The position numbers and the translations under genes were made by a program. Of a stretch of DNA of 45,275 bases, positions 8,435 to 18,842 are shown piece by piece (positions within the stretch are counted from its first letter, which is position 1; every line of letters begins with the position of its first letter). The notes below the pieces were generated by a model. It searched no databases, was not told the origin of the DNA, and was given only the letters and a program-made list of their open reading frames with translations. The DNA is taken from assembly GCA_049795075.1 (NCBI GenBank), contig JBARDK010000076.1:1-45275 (forward strand). Direction: 5' to 3'. Source of the DNA: Nitrosotalea sp. Lineage in GTDB: Archaea; Thermoproteota; Nitrososphaeria; Nitrososphaerales; Nitrosopumilaceae.

Positions 8435-10150
8435 TTGACTTTAGCTAATCAAATGAGGGCCAGTGTACCATCACTAATTGCAATTGCAGGATTTCTAGTT
8501 ATGCTCTGCTTTTCTTCTAACGCATATTCTGATTTTATATCTACTGACAAATACCTGATTGAAGCCACAGGTTTTGTAGCAGGCACACAAAACATTCTTG
8601 ATTCCACACTTGACATACAACTAACTGCAGGCACTCAAAGTGGAAGCAGCATACTTTCTACACTAGATAACGGTCTTGTTACAATTAATGGTGATAATTA
8701 CCTCAACTCTGGTAATTGGACAACCACCCTGTTACGGGATGGAAAATTTCTGCTTCTTAAAGGAAATGCACAGGACCAGGGAGGCAATACGATACAACTC
8801 AATCTCTTTGGAAGACAGATACAAAGCAATCAGGACGGTGTTGTTTACAGCATTACTGGTAAGATAATAGGCTCGGAAACATTCAGAGTTATTTACAGCG
8901 CAAAAATAATCACTGCTGGAACATACACTCCACCTGTAACTTCACCAACTTCGCAAACAACACCCACATCACAACAGAACCAAACACAATCAAATGTTGT
9001 AAGAATAAGTATAGTTTCCGGCGCATCCAATCCAACCAATCTGGTCTTTTTCTCCCCCTCTGTTGCCACTGTAGCTCCTGGCACCACTGTAATCTGGACA
9101 AACAATGACAGCGTACCTCATAGAATAATGAGCGGGGTGGCATCTGTTACTGGCGGGAATTCCTCATCTCCAACATTTGCTTCTGACGGAATGATAGACA
9201 GTGGCATAATAGCTCCTGGCAAATCTTTTCAATACACCATAACCAATTTTAATTCCAAAGCCTATCTTAGTGCTGCAGCAGCACAATACCTGAATTTACC
9301 GCCAGATCAAACTGCTGGTGATATCACCTTCTTTGATCCTAGTTATACTTGGATGATAGGAGTGATAAGTCCCATGTCAGTCTCAACTCCAACACAAACA
9401 GTCCAGATTAACATATTGCCAGGGGCATCAACTGCCACAACTAACCAATACCTATCTCCATCTTCTGTACAAGTTACACCAGGCTCTACAATTGTTTGGG
9501 TAAATCAAGACTCTGTTGCACACAGAATCATAAGCGGTCAACAACAATCTATAACAACTGGTAATACTGGAAGACAGGTCATCACAGCTCCTTCATTTAA
9601 CCCTGACGGAAAGCTAGACACTGGCATAATAGCTCCGGGTCAAAGTCTCAAGTTCACGATAACCGGAATAGGCGTATACTCTTTTTACGATCCATCAAAC
9701 ACATGGATAAATGGTAACATCCTTTCGGTTTCACAAATATCATCAATGCCGCCAGTGCAAGTAAGCATTTTACCGGGATCATCATCAGCTGGAGGGGCTG
9801 CTTCCCAACAAAATCAAAACTATGTTAATGGATATTATACTCCGGATCAAGTCCAAATTGCTCCTGGCACTACAATAATCTGGACAAACAATGACTCTGT
9901 TGCTCATTCAATATGGAGTGGCACTGCCACCCTCAGTACAGTTAATCCATACACTCCAGACGGCAAGATAAAGAGCGGCCCAATTACACCTGGCCAAAGC
10001 TTTCAGGTCATCATTAACAGTACTGGAATTACTAGGTTCTATGATCCATCATACACATGGATGAATGGCATAATTGTCTCAATTCCATCCACACAAACTC
10101 ATACCATCAATTCTGGTACATATACGGGCCCTACGCCAAGCCTCCACTAG
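8435..10150 (+). CDS. Secreted protein with three cupredoxin (plastocyanin-like) domains
   Basis: Signal peptide, T/S/Q-rich linker, three repeats of P.....V.PG.T..W.N.DSV.H.I.SG...SG.I.PG.S. Confidence 0.8.
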   Translation: MTLANQMRASVPSLIAIAGFLVMLCFSSNAYSDFISTDKYLIEATGFVAGTQNILDSTLDIQLTAGTQSGSSILSTLDNGLVTINGDNYLNSGNWTTTLLRDGKFLLLKGNAQDQGGNTIQLNLFGRQIQSNQDGVVYSITGKIIGSETFRVIYSAKIITAGTYTPPVTSPTSQTTPTSQQNQTQSNVVRISIVSGASNPTNLVFFSPSVATVAPGTTVIWTNNDSVPHRIMSGVASVTGGNSSSPTFASDGMIDSGIIAPGKSFQYTITNFNSKAYLSAAAAQYLNLPPDQTAGDITFFDPSYTWMIGVISPMSVSTPTQTVQINILPGASTATTNQYLSPSSVQVTPGSTIVWVNQDSVAHRIISGQQQSITTGNTGRQVITAPSFNPDGKLDTGIIAPGQSLKFTITGIGVYSFYDPSNTWINGNILSVSQISSMPPVQVSILPGSSSAGGAASQQNQNYVNGYYTPDQVQIAPGTTIIWTNNDSVAHSIWSGTATLSTVNPYTPDGKIKSGPITPGQSFQVIINSTGITRFYDPSYTWMNGIIVSIPSTQTHTINSGTYTGPTPSLH

Positions 10151-10165
10151 ATAGGAAAAACCACG

Positions 10166-10867
10166 TTACTTGAAATTGATATATGATTCCAGTCTTGTCT
10201 GATCAAACACCATTACGGAAAGATCAGAGAACTGCTTTCCTTCCAAATCTTTTACCGTTCCAACAAAACAAGTCTCCTTTTCGGTTGTCAGAAACTCAAA
10301 AACATGCACCTTCATACTTGAGGTGTTAAACCCATGATTTTTCAGATAAACTGCAATTTCTGACTGCATAAAGTGCTTGGCTGGTTCCTTAGGCCATGGG
10401 CGTGGCACGAGTACCACACTCAATCCATCTATTAGCGCTTTTTGGAGTTCGAGTTTCTTCTCTTCAATGCTTGTTGATATGTGCATAGTTATGACTCTGC
10501 TTTTGTCCAATGGCACTCTTGACTTTGATGCAGCTACCTGCACTGAACTTATACCTGGAATAACCTGCACGTCCCCAAAAATCTCAATTAATCTATCAAC
10601 AACCTCTGATTCAGAAAAATTCACATCTCCTGTAAATGGTACAACACAAGTCTTGTTTCCAAGTGATTTTGAGACCTTTTGGTATATCTCTTCTTGATCT
10701 TGCATAGTGATCTCATGCACTTCTTTATTTTTGGTTAGCTCTTCAATTGTCTTGAGTGTATACTTGTAACCTATGATAACATCAGAATTTGTCACAACCT
10801 CCTTTACTACATCTGTAACATATTTTGGTGAGCCAGGCCCTACTCCTACTGCAAAAACCTTTCCCAT
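10166..10867 (-). CDS. cbiE: Cobalt-precorrin-7/precorrin-6Y methyltransferase (CbiE-like)
   Basis: VGVGPG, GD..FS, VIPGISSVQVAASK tetrapyrrole methylase motifs; ATG 10867 preferred to 10891. Confidence 0.8.
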   Translation of the reverse strand: MGKVFAVGVGPGSPKYVTDVVKEVVTNSDVIIGYKYTLKTIEELTKNKEVHEITMQDQEEIYQKVSKSLGNKTCVVPFTGDVNFSESEVVDRLIEIFGDVQVIPGISSVQVAASKSRVPLDKSRVITMHISTSIEEKKLELQKALIDGLSVVLVPRPWPKEPAKHFMQSEIAVYLKNHGFNTSSMKVHVFEFLTTEKETCFVGTVKDLEGKQFSDLSVMVFDQTRLESYINFK

Positions 10868-10951
10868 TGTGGCATCTTTTACAATGTTCAATATAATTCA
10901 CAATTTGAGAATCACAATTAGCTTTTATTTGCCGGTCCAAAATCTTTATCA

Positions 10952-11626
10952 TTGGATTCCAGAATAATCCCGGTTTCTCTCTTTTTACTCCTAGTTATTT
11001 TTGTTCCAAATTCTTTTGCAAGTTCGCAAAACTCTACGCTAGACTCTCAGGGAAACTATGCAAATCCATCCCTTGGTATAGCATTTCAGGCTCCAGACGG
11101 CTGGACAGTCCAGGAACCAAACAAATCACAACCCAATGCGCCAGACATTGCCGTGATAGCTCCATACTCAAATGGACTTACATCCTCGATTTCATTTATT
11201 GTTGAAAATACAAATGGAACATCACTTGATGATTATGTCAAAAATAAAATTAATCAGTTGGCCAGTGCCAACCAATCAAGTAACATAGCGCTTTTGTCAG
11301 AGCAAGACGGAACTGTAGACGGGATTGCTGCCAAAATATCACTGCTTCAAGAAAATTTTACTTCACAGAACAGCAGCAATGTGATAAAATTCAAACAAGT
11401 AATAGTACTGGCAAATGATGAATTTTATACAATAACTTATGCAAGTGAGGAGAAAAACTTTGACAGCGATCTGTCAAGCTATGACCAGCTATTAAGCTCA
11501 ATCAAATTTGTAAACAATGATACGTCTTCCTGGCTTGACTATCTTTCCATTGGTATAGTAGCTGGTGCATTAATTGTGGGTCTAGTCATGATTAAAAGAA
11601 AAAGAAAATCATTGCAAAAAAATTAG
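10952..11626 (+). CDS. Secreted PsbP/Mog1-like protein with C-terminal membrane anchor
   Basis: Signal peptide, GIAFQAPDGW, FYTITY...LLSSIKF, C-terminal TM + basic tail. Confidence 0.65.
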   Translation: MDSRIIPVSLFLLLVIFVPNSFASSQNSTLDSQGNYANPSLGIAFQAPDGWTVQEPNKSQPNAPDIAVIAPYSNGLTSSISFIVENTNGTSLDDYVKNKINQLASANQSSNIALLSEQDGTVDGIAAKISLLQENFTSQNSSNVIKFKQVIVLANDEFYTITYASEEKNFDSDLSSYDQLLSSIKFVNNDTSSWLDYLSIGIVAGALIVGLVMIKRKRKSLQKN

Positions 11627-11806
11627 GCAATCTGCAAAACAACCTCTGACCACCTAAAAATCCATTTTTTCACTGTGATAGATAGAATTGGGTGCGCTAG
11701 ATTTGGGCTAATAAATAGGTCCTGTGAAAGGCTTCTGTATTTTCAATCATTCTAATCCTTTGTAAATGAGCGAAAGATAAAATACCGTATTGTAGAGAAC
11801 TAGAGT

Positions 11807-12130
11807 ATGAAGAAGGAGTACATTGTAGTAAGGATCGAGGGTTCCCCCGATGGTACGCCGTATGTAGTGGTCTCGTTGTCCTCGTCTAAAGATTTCAAAG
11901 AACAAAACAGTACTCCAATGTCCCCTTTTGGCTCTGGTGTTATGGGATTTACCAACATGGATGACATGATAAAAGGCCTTAACAAAGTGATGGCAGGAGG
12001 AGGAATGACAGGCATGGGTGGTGGAATGACCTCTATTAAACTAGATATGCATGAATACAAGGAACTAAACCTCTCAGTAGGAGACAAGGTGTATCTAGAA
12101 ATAACAAGAGCCGAGTCTCTTGGAATCTAG
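11807..12130 (+). CDS. Hypothetical protein (possible arcadin-1-like beta-barrel)
   Basis: 107 aa; beta-rich ends with an M/G-rich middle; EYKELNLSVGDKV. Confidence 0.6.
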   Translation: MKKEYIVVRIEGSPDGTPYVVVSLSSSKDFKEQNSTPMSPFGSGVMGFTNMDDMIKGLNKVMAGGGMTGMGGGMTSIKLDMHEYKELNLSVGDKVYLEITRAESLGI

Positions 12131-12146
12131 GAATCTGCACTAGTTT

Positions 12147-12809
12147 TTATCGGGAAATTTCTCCACGTAAGATTTCATATGCTCTTGAGGCATCCTTTTC
12201 ATGCAATACTAGGATAATATCATCTTGGCCAAAAAAGGCATTAACAAGTTCAATCCCATCATCATGCAAAATCTCTGATACGTACGACACCACATCTGAT
12301 TCATTTCCAGATTGAGGAATCTGAATGCTTATCTTTGCAAGCCCGGTTTGGAAAAAATTCTTGTGTGAAGAAAAGGATTCAAGTAATTTTCTAACATCAC
12401 TGATGTCTTCAGTTAAGAACCTAAACGAGTCTGTAAATCTGAAAAAGTCATAATCTGGATCAATTCGAGTAAATCCATCCATTAACACCATTGCGTCCTT
12501 CATCGCAAAATCTTGTGAGGAGAATTTGATATCTAGTATTCCATCTGTAAGCGAGAGTCTGGCATTTTTTAGTGCAGACCCGCTTTGTATGTCGTCCTTT
12601 TTCTCAAAGGAATCTGCATACCTCTTAATTGCTACTACAATTGTGTTGAGGTTCACAGGGCCGCCCATCTGGGCTTCCACATCTTTTTGGATCTTAACAG
12701 CAAGCGCTGTATAGTTTACCAGGTCCATCTTGATACAATCATAAATTGATCTATTTTTGGTGATTATCTCTCGAACAGTATCTGGAACCGAAAGACTAGC
12801 TGTACGCAT
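12147..12809 (-). CDS. ACT-domain-containing putative regulator
   Basis: N-terminal LVNYTALA...IVVAIKRY helical domain and C-terminal ACT-like domain. Confidence 0.7.
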   Translation of the reverse strand: MRTASLSVPDTVREIITKNRSIYDCIKMDLVNYTALAVKIQKDVEAQMGGPVNLNTIVVAIKRYADSFEKKDDIQSGSALKNARLSLTDGILDIKFSSQDFAMKDAMVLMDGFTRIDPDYDFFRFTDSFRFLTEDISDVRKLLESFSSHKNFFQTGLAKISIQIPQSGNESDVVSYVSEILHDDGIELVNAFFGQDDIILVLHEKDASRAYEILRGEISR

Positions 12810-12905
12810 ACAAGGGTATTTACTATTGTCAGCTATATTAGTTTATGTAAGAATCAGGCATATAATTCTCCTAAACTTTATATAATGTCAGAACTATGAC
12901 ATACT

Positions 12906-13430
12906 ATGGATAATTATGACATGATAGAATCAGATGAGTTTGACAACCTCTTCCAAAGAATGATGCGACCTTTCAAAGAACTAGACGACGTATGGAACAA
13001 GATGAGAGATTCTTCAAACCTGCAGACATTTGGTCCGTATTACTATGGTTACTCTGTAACAGTAGGGCCTGATGGCAAACCTGTAGTAAAAGAGTACGGA
13101 AACGTTGGAAACGCTAGACCAAGTCTTCCTGCAACCGCAGAGACAAGAGAACCTCTTGCCGATGTAATAGTAGATGACAAAGAGAAGGCTCTGAAAATTG
13201 TGGCCGAGATGCCAGGTGTTGAAAAGAAAGACATCAAGATCGAAGTAATAGGACGTACGATCTTAATCGATGCAGAACACGAAGAAAGAAAATACCATAC
13301 CAAGATACCTATCAAACAAAAAGTCGATGAAAATTCTGTCAAGGCAGCTTATGCCAACGGAATTCTCGAAGTAAAGTTCCAGCTAAAGGAAGAGGAACGA
13401 CCAAAAGGAAAAACTGTGGAGGTTGAATAA
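12906..13430 (+). CDS. hsp20: Archaeal small heat-shock protein Hsp20
   Basis: GPYYYGYSVTVGPDGKP, AEMPGVEKKDI, AYANGILEV alpha-crystallin domain. Confidence 0.93.
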   Translation: MDNYDMIESDEFDNLFQRMMRPFKELDDVWNKMRDSSNLQTFGPYYYGYSVTVGPDGKPVVKEYGNVGNARPSLPATAETREPLADVIVDDKEKALKIVAEMPGVEKKDIKIEVIGRTILIDAEHEERKYHTKIPIKQKVDENSVKAAYANGILEVKFQLKEEERPKGKTVEVE

Positions 13431-13460
13431 ACTTCCTTTATTTTTTATGGTGATTAAATT

Positions 13461-15602
13461 ATGAGTGAAATTACATTAAGAATTGCAGAGGCGTCACAGC
13501 GACATGTGGGCAAAGGCATTGCCGTAGTTGATCCTAAAGTTGTTGAAGACAACAATTGGGAAACTGGCAATATCTTGGAACTAGTAGGAAATAGGAAAAG
13601 TCACACAAAGCTGTGGCCTGGCTCTACTGAACAATATGGAACTGGAATAATAAAGATAGATGGTACCACAAGACAAAACATTGGTGCAGGAATAGGCGAA
13701 AAAATTTCTGTAAAAAGAGTTGATGCGCAGGAAGCAAAACAAGTAACAGTATCTCCAATTGAAAAACTCAGTGCAGAAGGCTTGCAAGAATATATGCAGG
13801 CAAACTACATCGGCCACGTACTAACTATTGATGACGCTCTTATAGTAACAACACAACTTGGTGGAAAAACCCAACTTGTGATAACAAGTGCTACACCGTC
13901 TGGAAAACCTGTTGTGGTCACAGAGCAAACTGAATTCAAACTAGGCTCAATGACTAAAGCCATTGATAACTCTGTACCTAGAATTACATATGATGACTTG
14001 GGAGGCCTCAAAAATGAGGTACAAAAGATACGTGAAATGGTCGAACTTCCTATGCGACATCCGGAATTATTTGAAAAAATTGGAGTTGAGGCACCAAAAG
14101 GTGTCTTGCTTTATGGACCTCCTGGAACAGGAAAGACGCTCATTGCAAAAGCCGTTGCAGGTGAGACCAATTCTCACTTTATCTCAATCAGTGGTCCTGA
14201 AATAATAGGTAAATTTTATGGTGAGAGCGAGGAAAGACTGCGTGAATTATTCAAGCAGGCCGAAGAAAACACGCCAAGCATAATTTTCATAGACGAAGTT
14301 GACTCGATTGCTCCAAAACGAGAAGAAGTAACTGGCGAGGTAGAAAAAAGAGTGGTATCTCAGTTGTTGACATTAATGGACGGAATGAAGTCACGAGGAA
14401 AAGTTGTAGTAATTGCTGCCACTAACAGGCCTGATTCAATTGATCCTGCGCTTAGAAGGCCAGGAAGATTTGATCGCGAAATTGAGATAGGAATACCCGA
14501 TGCAACTGGAAGAAAAGAGATACTTGATATCCATACGCGAGGAATGCCACTTGAAGAAAAGGTCAACTTGGAACAAATTGCCAGGGTGACTCATGGATTT
14601 GTCGGGGCAGACCTTGAGATTCTTGCAAAAGAAGCTGCAATGAGGTCCTTGCGAAGAATATTGCCTGACATTGATTTAGAAGAAGAAAAGATTCCTGCAG
14701 AAGTTTTACAAAAGATTGTGATAACTGAGAGCGACTTTAAAGATGCACTAAAAGAAGTGAGGCCATCTGCACTAAGGGAAGTTCTAGTTCAAGTCCCTAA
14801 TGTTACATGGGAAGATGTTGGCGGGCTGGAATCACTAAAGGATGAACTTTACGAGGCAGTAGAGTGGCCTCTAAAACACAAGGAGGCATTTGAATACACG
14901 GATGTTAAAGCACCAAAAGGTGTCTTGCTTTATGGACCTCCTGGAACAGGAAAGACGCTCATTGCAAAAGCAGTAGCACATACAACAGAATCTAATTTCA
15001 TAAGCATCAAGGGACCCGAACTACTCTCAAAGTGGGTTGGGGAATCAGAAAAAGGAATACGCGAAATCTTCAGAAAAGCACGCCAAGCTGCTCCATGCAT
15101 AATATTTCTCGATGAGATGGATTCTCTTGCCCCAAGTAGAAGCTCTGGTGGCTCAGACTCACACGTTACAGAAAGAATAGTATCTCAGCTCTTGACAGAG
15201 ATTGACGGTCTTGAAGAACTGCACAATGTGTTGGTGATTGGAGCTACTAACAGAGTAGACTTGATAGACAGCGCATTGCTAAGGCCTGGAAGATTTGACA
15301 GGATATTGGAAGTACCGTTACCAGACTCAAAAGGGCGTGAAAACATCTTTAAGATACACACCAAAAACAAGCCGCTTGCAGATGGTGTGGATATTGCAAA
15401 ACTTGTAGAACTGGCTGATGGGTTCAGCGGTGCAGAAATTGAGGGTGTATGCAACAGGGCAGCCATGAGTGCAATAAGGAGATACGTCAACAATGGGGGA
15501 AAATCTGTCAAATCGATAAAGATAACTCAGGAAGACCTTGAAAATGCAATTGAGAAATTACTGCCAGGAAAGATCACGCCACGACAAGCTGTTACATTAT
15601 AG
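13461..15602 (+). CDS. cdc48: CDC48/VAT-family double AAA+ ATPase
   Basis: N domain + two AAA modules (GPPGTGKT twice; FIDE/FLDE; RPGRFDR twice). Confidence 0.96.
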   Translation: MSEITLRIAEASQRHVGKGIAVVDPKVVEDNNWETGNILELVGNRKSHTKLWPGSTEQYGTGIIKIDGTTRQNIGAGIGEKISVKRVDAQEAKQVTVSPIEKLSAEGLQEYMQANYIGHVLTIDDALIVTTQLGGKTQLVITSATPSGKPVVVTEQTEFKLGSMTKAIDNSVPRITYDDLGGLKNEVQKIREMVELPMRHPELFEKIGVEAPKGVLLYGPPGTGKTLIAKAVAGETNSHFISISGPEIIGKFYGESEERLRELFKQAEENTPSIIFIDEVDSIAPKREEVTGEVEKRVVSQLLTLMDGMKSRGKVVVIAATNRPDSIDPALRRPGRFDREIEIGIPDATGRKEILDIHTRGMPLEEKVNLEQIARVTHGFVGADLEILAKEAAMRSLRRILPDIDLEEEKIPAEVLQKIVITESDFKDALKEVRPSALREVLVQVPNVTWEDVGGLESLKDELYEAVEWPLKHKEAFEYTDVKAPKGVLLYGPPGTGKTLIAKAVAHTTESNFISIKGPELLSKWVGESEKGIREIFRKARQAAPCIIFLDEMDSLAPSRSSGGSDSHVTERIVSQLLTEIDGLEELHNVLVIGATNRVDLIDSALLRPGRFDRILEVPLPDSKGRENIFKIHTKNKPLADGVDIAKLVELADGFSGAEIEGVCNRAAMSAIRRYVNNGGKSVKSIKITQEDLENAIEKLLPGKITPRQAVTL

Positions 15603-15624
15603 CTTATATGATTAAATCAGGTTA

Positions 15625-16692
15625 ATACAAGTAACGGCAAAAGAAGCAGTTCTTTATCAGAAACTACCTGATGATAAGGTAAGATGTACAGCTTGCGCTA
15701 GGTATTGCGAAATTGGAAAAAACCAGATAGGTCTTTGCGGTATAAGGGCAAACAACAACGGAAGACTTGATCTTTTGGCATATGGCAAAGTAATAACTGG
15801 CCATGTTGATCCAATCGAGAAAAAACCTGTGACCCACTACTGGCCTGGGTCTAGCATATTTTCCATTGCCACTACGGGCTGCAATTGGCTTTGCAAATAT
15901 TGCCAGAATTATGATATCAGTCAGCGAAGAAAAATCGAGGGAGTTGATATGACCCCCGAAGAGGTAGTAAATCTGGCCGTAAGCTCAGGCTCTCAAGGAA
16001 TCGCTTACACATACAACCAGCCATCAATATTCATCGAGTTTGCAAGAGACTGTGGAGTTATTGCAAGGAAAAATGGATTATTCAATATCTTCGTATCAAA
16101 TGGTTACGACACTCCAGACACTGTAAAGATGATGGACGAGTTTCTTGACTGCATAACGGTAGACTTTAAGGGAAATGCAGAACCGCAATTTACTCGAAGA
16201 TACATTGGCGTTCCAGATCCCCAACCCATCTTTGACACTCTCAAGGAAATAAGAGACAAGACCAAGATTCATGTGGAGATAACTGACTTGGTGATTCCTC
16301 AAGTGGGTGACAACTTGGAACATGCAGCCAAACTTTGCAAATTTATCTACAATGAATTTGGACCTGATATGCCAATTCACTTTCTAAGATTTCATCCAGA
16401 TTACAAGATGATGGAATTTGAATCAACGCCAATTAAGACACTTGAAAAACACCATGAAATAGCAAAAAAAGAGGGTCTTAATTATGCATATCTTGGAAAT
16501 GTTCCAGGGCATCATCTTGAACATACATACTGTCCAGAATGCAAAAAAATTGTGGTAAAAAGATATGGCTTTGATATTCAAGGGTGGTATCTTGACGATA
16601 ACAACAACTGCAAATTCTGTGGTAATAAGATACCAATAGAAGGACATCTAGCAGAAAATTACAAGCAAAACAGATTTCAATTCGTACTCTAG
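15625..16692 (+). CDS. amrS: AmmeMemoRadiSam system radical SAM enzyme
   Basis: CNWLCKYC radical SAM motif, DPIEKKP, YTYNQP, PIHFLRFHPDY, YLGNV, TYCPEC; frame is open upstream of the track's 15775 start through KEAVLYQKLPDDKVRCTACARYC; start position uncertain. Confidence 0.88.
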   Translation: MQVTAKEAVLYQKLPDDKVRCTACARYCEIGKNQIGLCGIRANNNGRLDLLAYGKVITGHVDPIEKKPVTHYWPGSSIFSIATTGCNWLCKYCQNYDISQRRKIEGVDMTPEEVVNLAVSSGSQGIAYTYNQPSIFIEFARDCGVIARKNGLFNIFVSNGYDTPDTVKMMDEFLDCITVDFKGNAEPQFTRRYIGVPDPQPIFDTLKEIRDKTKIHVEITDLVIPQVGDNLEHAAKLCKFIYNEFGPDMPIHFLRFHPDYKMMEFESTPIKTLEKHHEIAKKEGLNYAYLGNVPGHHLEHTYCPECKKIVVKRYGFDIQGWYLDDNNNCKFCGNKIPIEGHLAENYKQNRFQFVL

Positions 16693-17378
16693 ATTGCTAC
16701 AGCCCTAACAGGAGATCCCGTGGCATCCTTTAGCTTGAGAGGTAACACTATCAGCATAAAACCAGTTCTTTGAATTTTGTCAAGATTGCAGAGATTTTCT
16801 AAAATCAAAATTCCACTCTTTAATAGAACACGATGAGCAGAAAATTTTGAATCCTTGCCCAAATCAATACTAGGCGAGTCAATGCCTATCAGGCTAACCT
16901 TCTTTTCTGACAGATACTTTGCGGCACTTGCTGAAAGCCCTGGGTTTTTGGTGAAATAGTCTTTTCTTGTTATGTTTCTTGACCAGCCGGTCCCAAAGAT
17001 TATGGCTGAATTAGGTGGTATCTTGCCATTTCTTGCTTCAAAGCTGACAATGTCATTTCGAGTGATTGGCATGTCAGGGCCCTTTCTTATATTGCATAAA
17101 ATAGCGCTGGTGATTAATCTGTTAAGAGGAATCTTGTCTATCTTGATCCCTTTTTCTATGAAATGATACGGTGCATCAAGGTGGGTTCCAGAGTGCGAGC
17201 TTAGGAAAATTAGCTCAAGATTGTATCCGTCAGTTTTTTTATCTGCCCATGAAATGAATTGGGGACGCGGAGAGCCTGGAAAACTTGGAAGCTTGTTTGA
17301 AATCTCAAGTGTTAGGTCAATTGGTTCCACAAAGTTAGTTGGAATCGGTGATAAATCAATTTTGATGTTCATAACCAA
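16689..17378 (-). CDS. Cyclase / kynurenine formamidase-family metal hydrolase
   Basis: HSGTHLDAPYHF, GIDSPSID, ILENL, GSPVRAVA; true start may be GTG 17330. Confidence 0.9.
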   Translation of the reverse strand: MVMNIKIDLSPIPTNFVEPIDLTLEISNKLPSFPGSPRPQFISWADKKTDGYNLELIFLSSHSGTHLDAPYHFIEKGIKIDKIPLNRLITSAILCNIRKGPDMPITRNDIVSFEARNGKIPPNSAIIFGTGWSRNITRKDYFTKNPGLSASAAKYLSEKKVSLIGIDSPSIDLGKDSKFSAHRVLLKSGILILENLCNLDKIQRTGFMLIVLPLKLKDATGSPVRAVAI

Positions 17379-17409
17379 AAGTTAAATATTGTGAAAAGGA
17401 AATTACCTC

Positions 17410-17667
17410 ATGCCAACTACTTACATACTGATAAACTCTGATCTAGGCTCTGATGTCGAGATAATTCAGAAAATCAAGGAAATACTGGACAAAGAAAACG
17501 GCGTAAAATACGAAGTTCAGGGGGTCTATGGCGTTTATGATATTATAATCAAGATCACAGCTGATTCAATGGATCATTTGAGGAATATCATTACTAATAG
17601 CATAAGAAAGATAGACAAAGTTTACTCTACCCTGACAATGATGGTAATAGAAGAGCAGGAAAAGTAG
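17410..17667 (+). CDS. Stand-alone Lrp/AsnC ligand-binding-domain protein
   Basis: YILIN...VYGVYDIIIK...IRKIDKVYSTLT; no HTH. Confidence 0.85.
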   Translation: MPTTYILINSDLGSDVEIIQKIKEILDKENGVKYEVQGVYGVYDIIIKITADSMDHLRNIITNSIRKIDKVYSTLTMMVIEEQEK

Positions 17668-18815
17668 CTAGTTTCTTCTTAATGCGTCAATTACCCGTAA
17701 AATCTCTGATTCTGTGTTAAAAAAGTGCGGCGAAGCCCTGATTACTTTCTTAGAAAATATCTCTCGCACGGCAAGTACCATGTTTTCCTTTTCTAGCCTT
17801 TTGACTATTGACTCGAGATTCTGGTCTTTAATGGCAAACGAGACTATGCTTGTTCTTTTTCTGTCTTCTTGGGGCCAAACAGGACCATACCACGTATCTT
17901 TGATAACTCTTCGCGCATCAAGTTTGCAAGTTTGACATTTTGATTCCTTATTTTTTCAATTCCTGTCTTGAGAAGGAAATTTACTGATGCCTCAAGCCCG
18001 GCTGCGCCTACCCAGTTGCGAAACCCTGCCTGAAATCTTGCAGGCATTTCTTTGTGAATTATTTTGTTATCGTGAAAAATTGCGGACTCACCACCTATCT
18101 GTAGTGGCTCTACCAATTCGCTTGATTCTTTTTTACAGAAAAATATTCCCATGCCCATTGGACCACAAAGCCACTTTGATCCGTTAAAGGACATAAAGTC
18201 ACATTTTATCTTGTTTACATCGACATCGCTGATGCATCCAACTGTTTGCGCGGCATCAATAAAGTAAGGTATGCTCTTCTGTGCAAGATATTCACCTATC
18301 TCCTCTACTGGAAGAATTGCTCCAGTGTTAAACAGGGCATGGCTTAGAACAACAAGTTGGGTCTTTCCATCAATCATCTTTTTTAGCGAATCAAACTGAA
18401 AATATCCAGTTTCATCAATAGCTATCTCCCTTAATCCTATTTTTTGACCCGCCCTTACCCAAGGGTAATGATTTGCAGGATGCTCGTGATTTGAGCCGCG
18501 TGTTATGATGTTCGACTCTGGCCTGAATTTCATGCCATTAGCTACAAAGTTTATTCCATCAGTCACGCTTTGCGTTAGAACCACTTCTTCTTGCTTGCAC
18601 TTGATTAACTGGGAAATTACTTTACGTAGATTGTTGAGTCGCTCTTTCACAAAATTGTCTGATAATTCAGAATCAGGACCATATTCGTTATACTTTATCA
18701 GAAAATCATTCATTGCCTGTATGCTTGTCTTTGGCATTCTGGATGTAGATGCATTATTCAGGTAAATTCTATCCATGTAAGGAAATTCTTGTGAAAAATC
18801 AGAACTCAAGTTCAT
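17668..18815 (-). pseudogene. Class V PLP aminotransferase (SufS-like fold) with a one-base frameshift near 17872
   Basis: YLNNAST, EHPAN, IDAAQ, SKWLCGP in ORF 17844..18815; conserved C-terminus (RTSIVSF...IRASPHFFN) continues in another frame to TAG at 17668-17670; span 1148 nt is one base short of a codon multiple. May be a sequencing error. Confidence 0.8.
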
Positions 18816-18842
18816 TATTATATTACGCTCTGTCTACTTATT

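Noticed and set aside
17844..17880. Programmed -1 ribosomal frameshift in the aminotransferase
   Set aside because: No canonical X XXY YYZ heptamer or obvious stimulatory structure; a simple indel is more parsimonious
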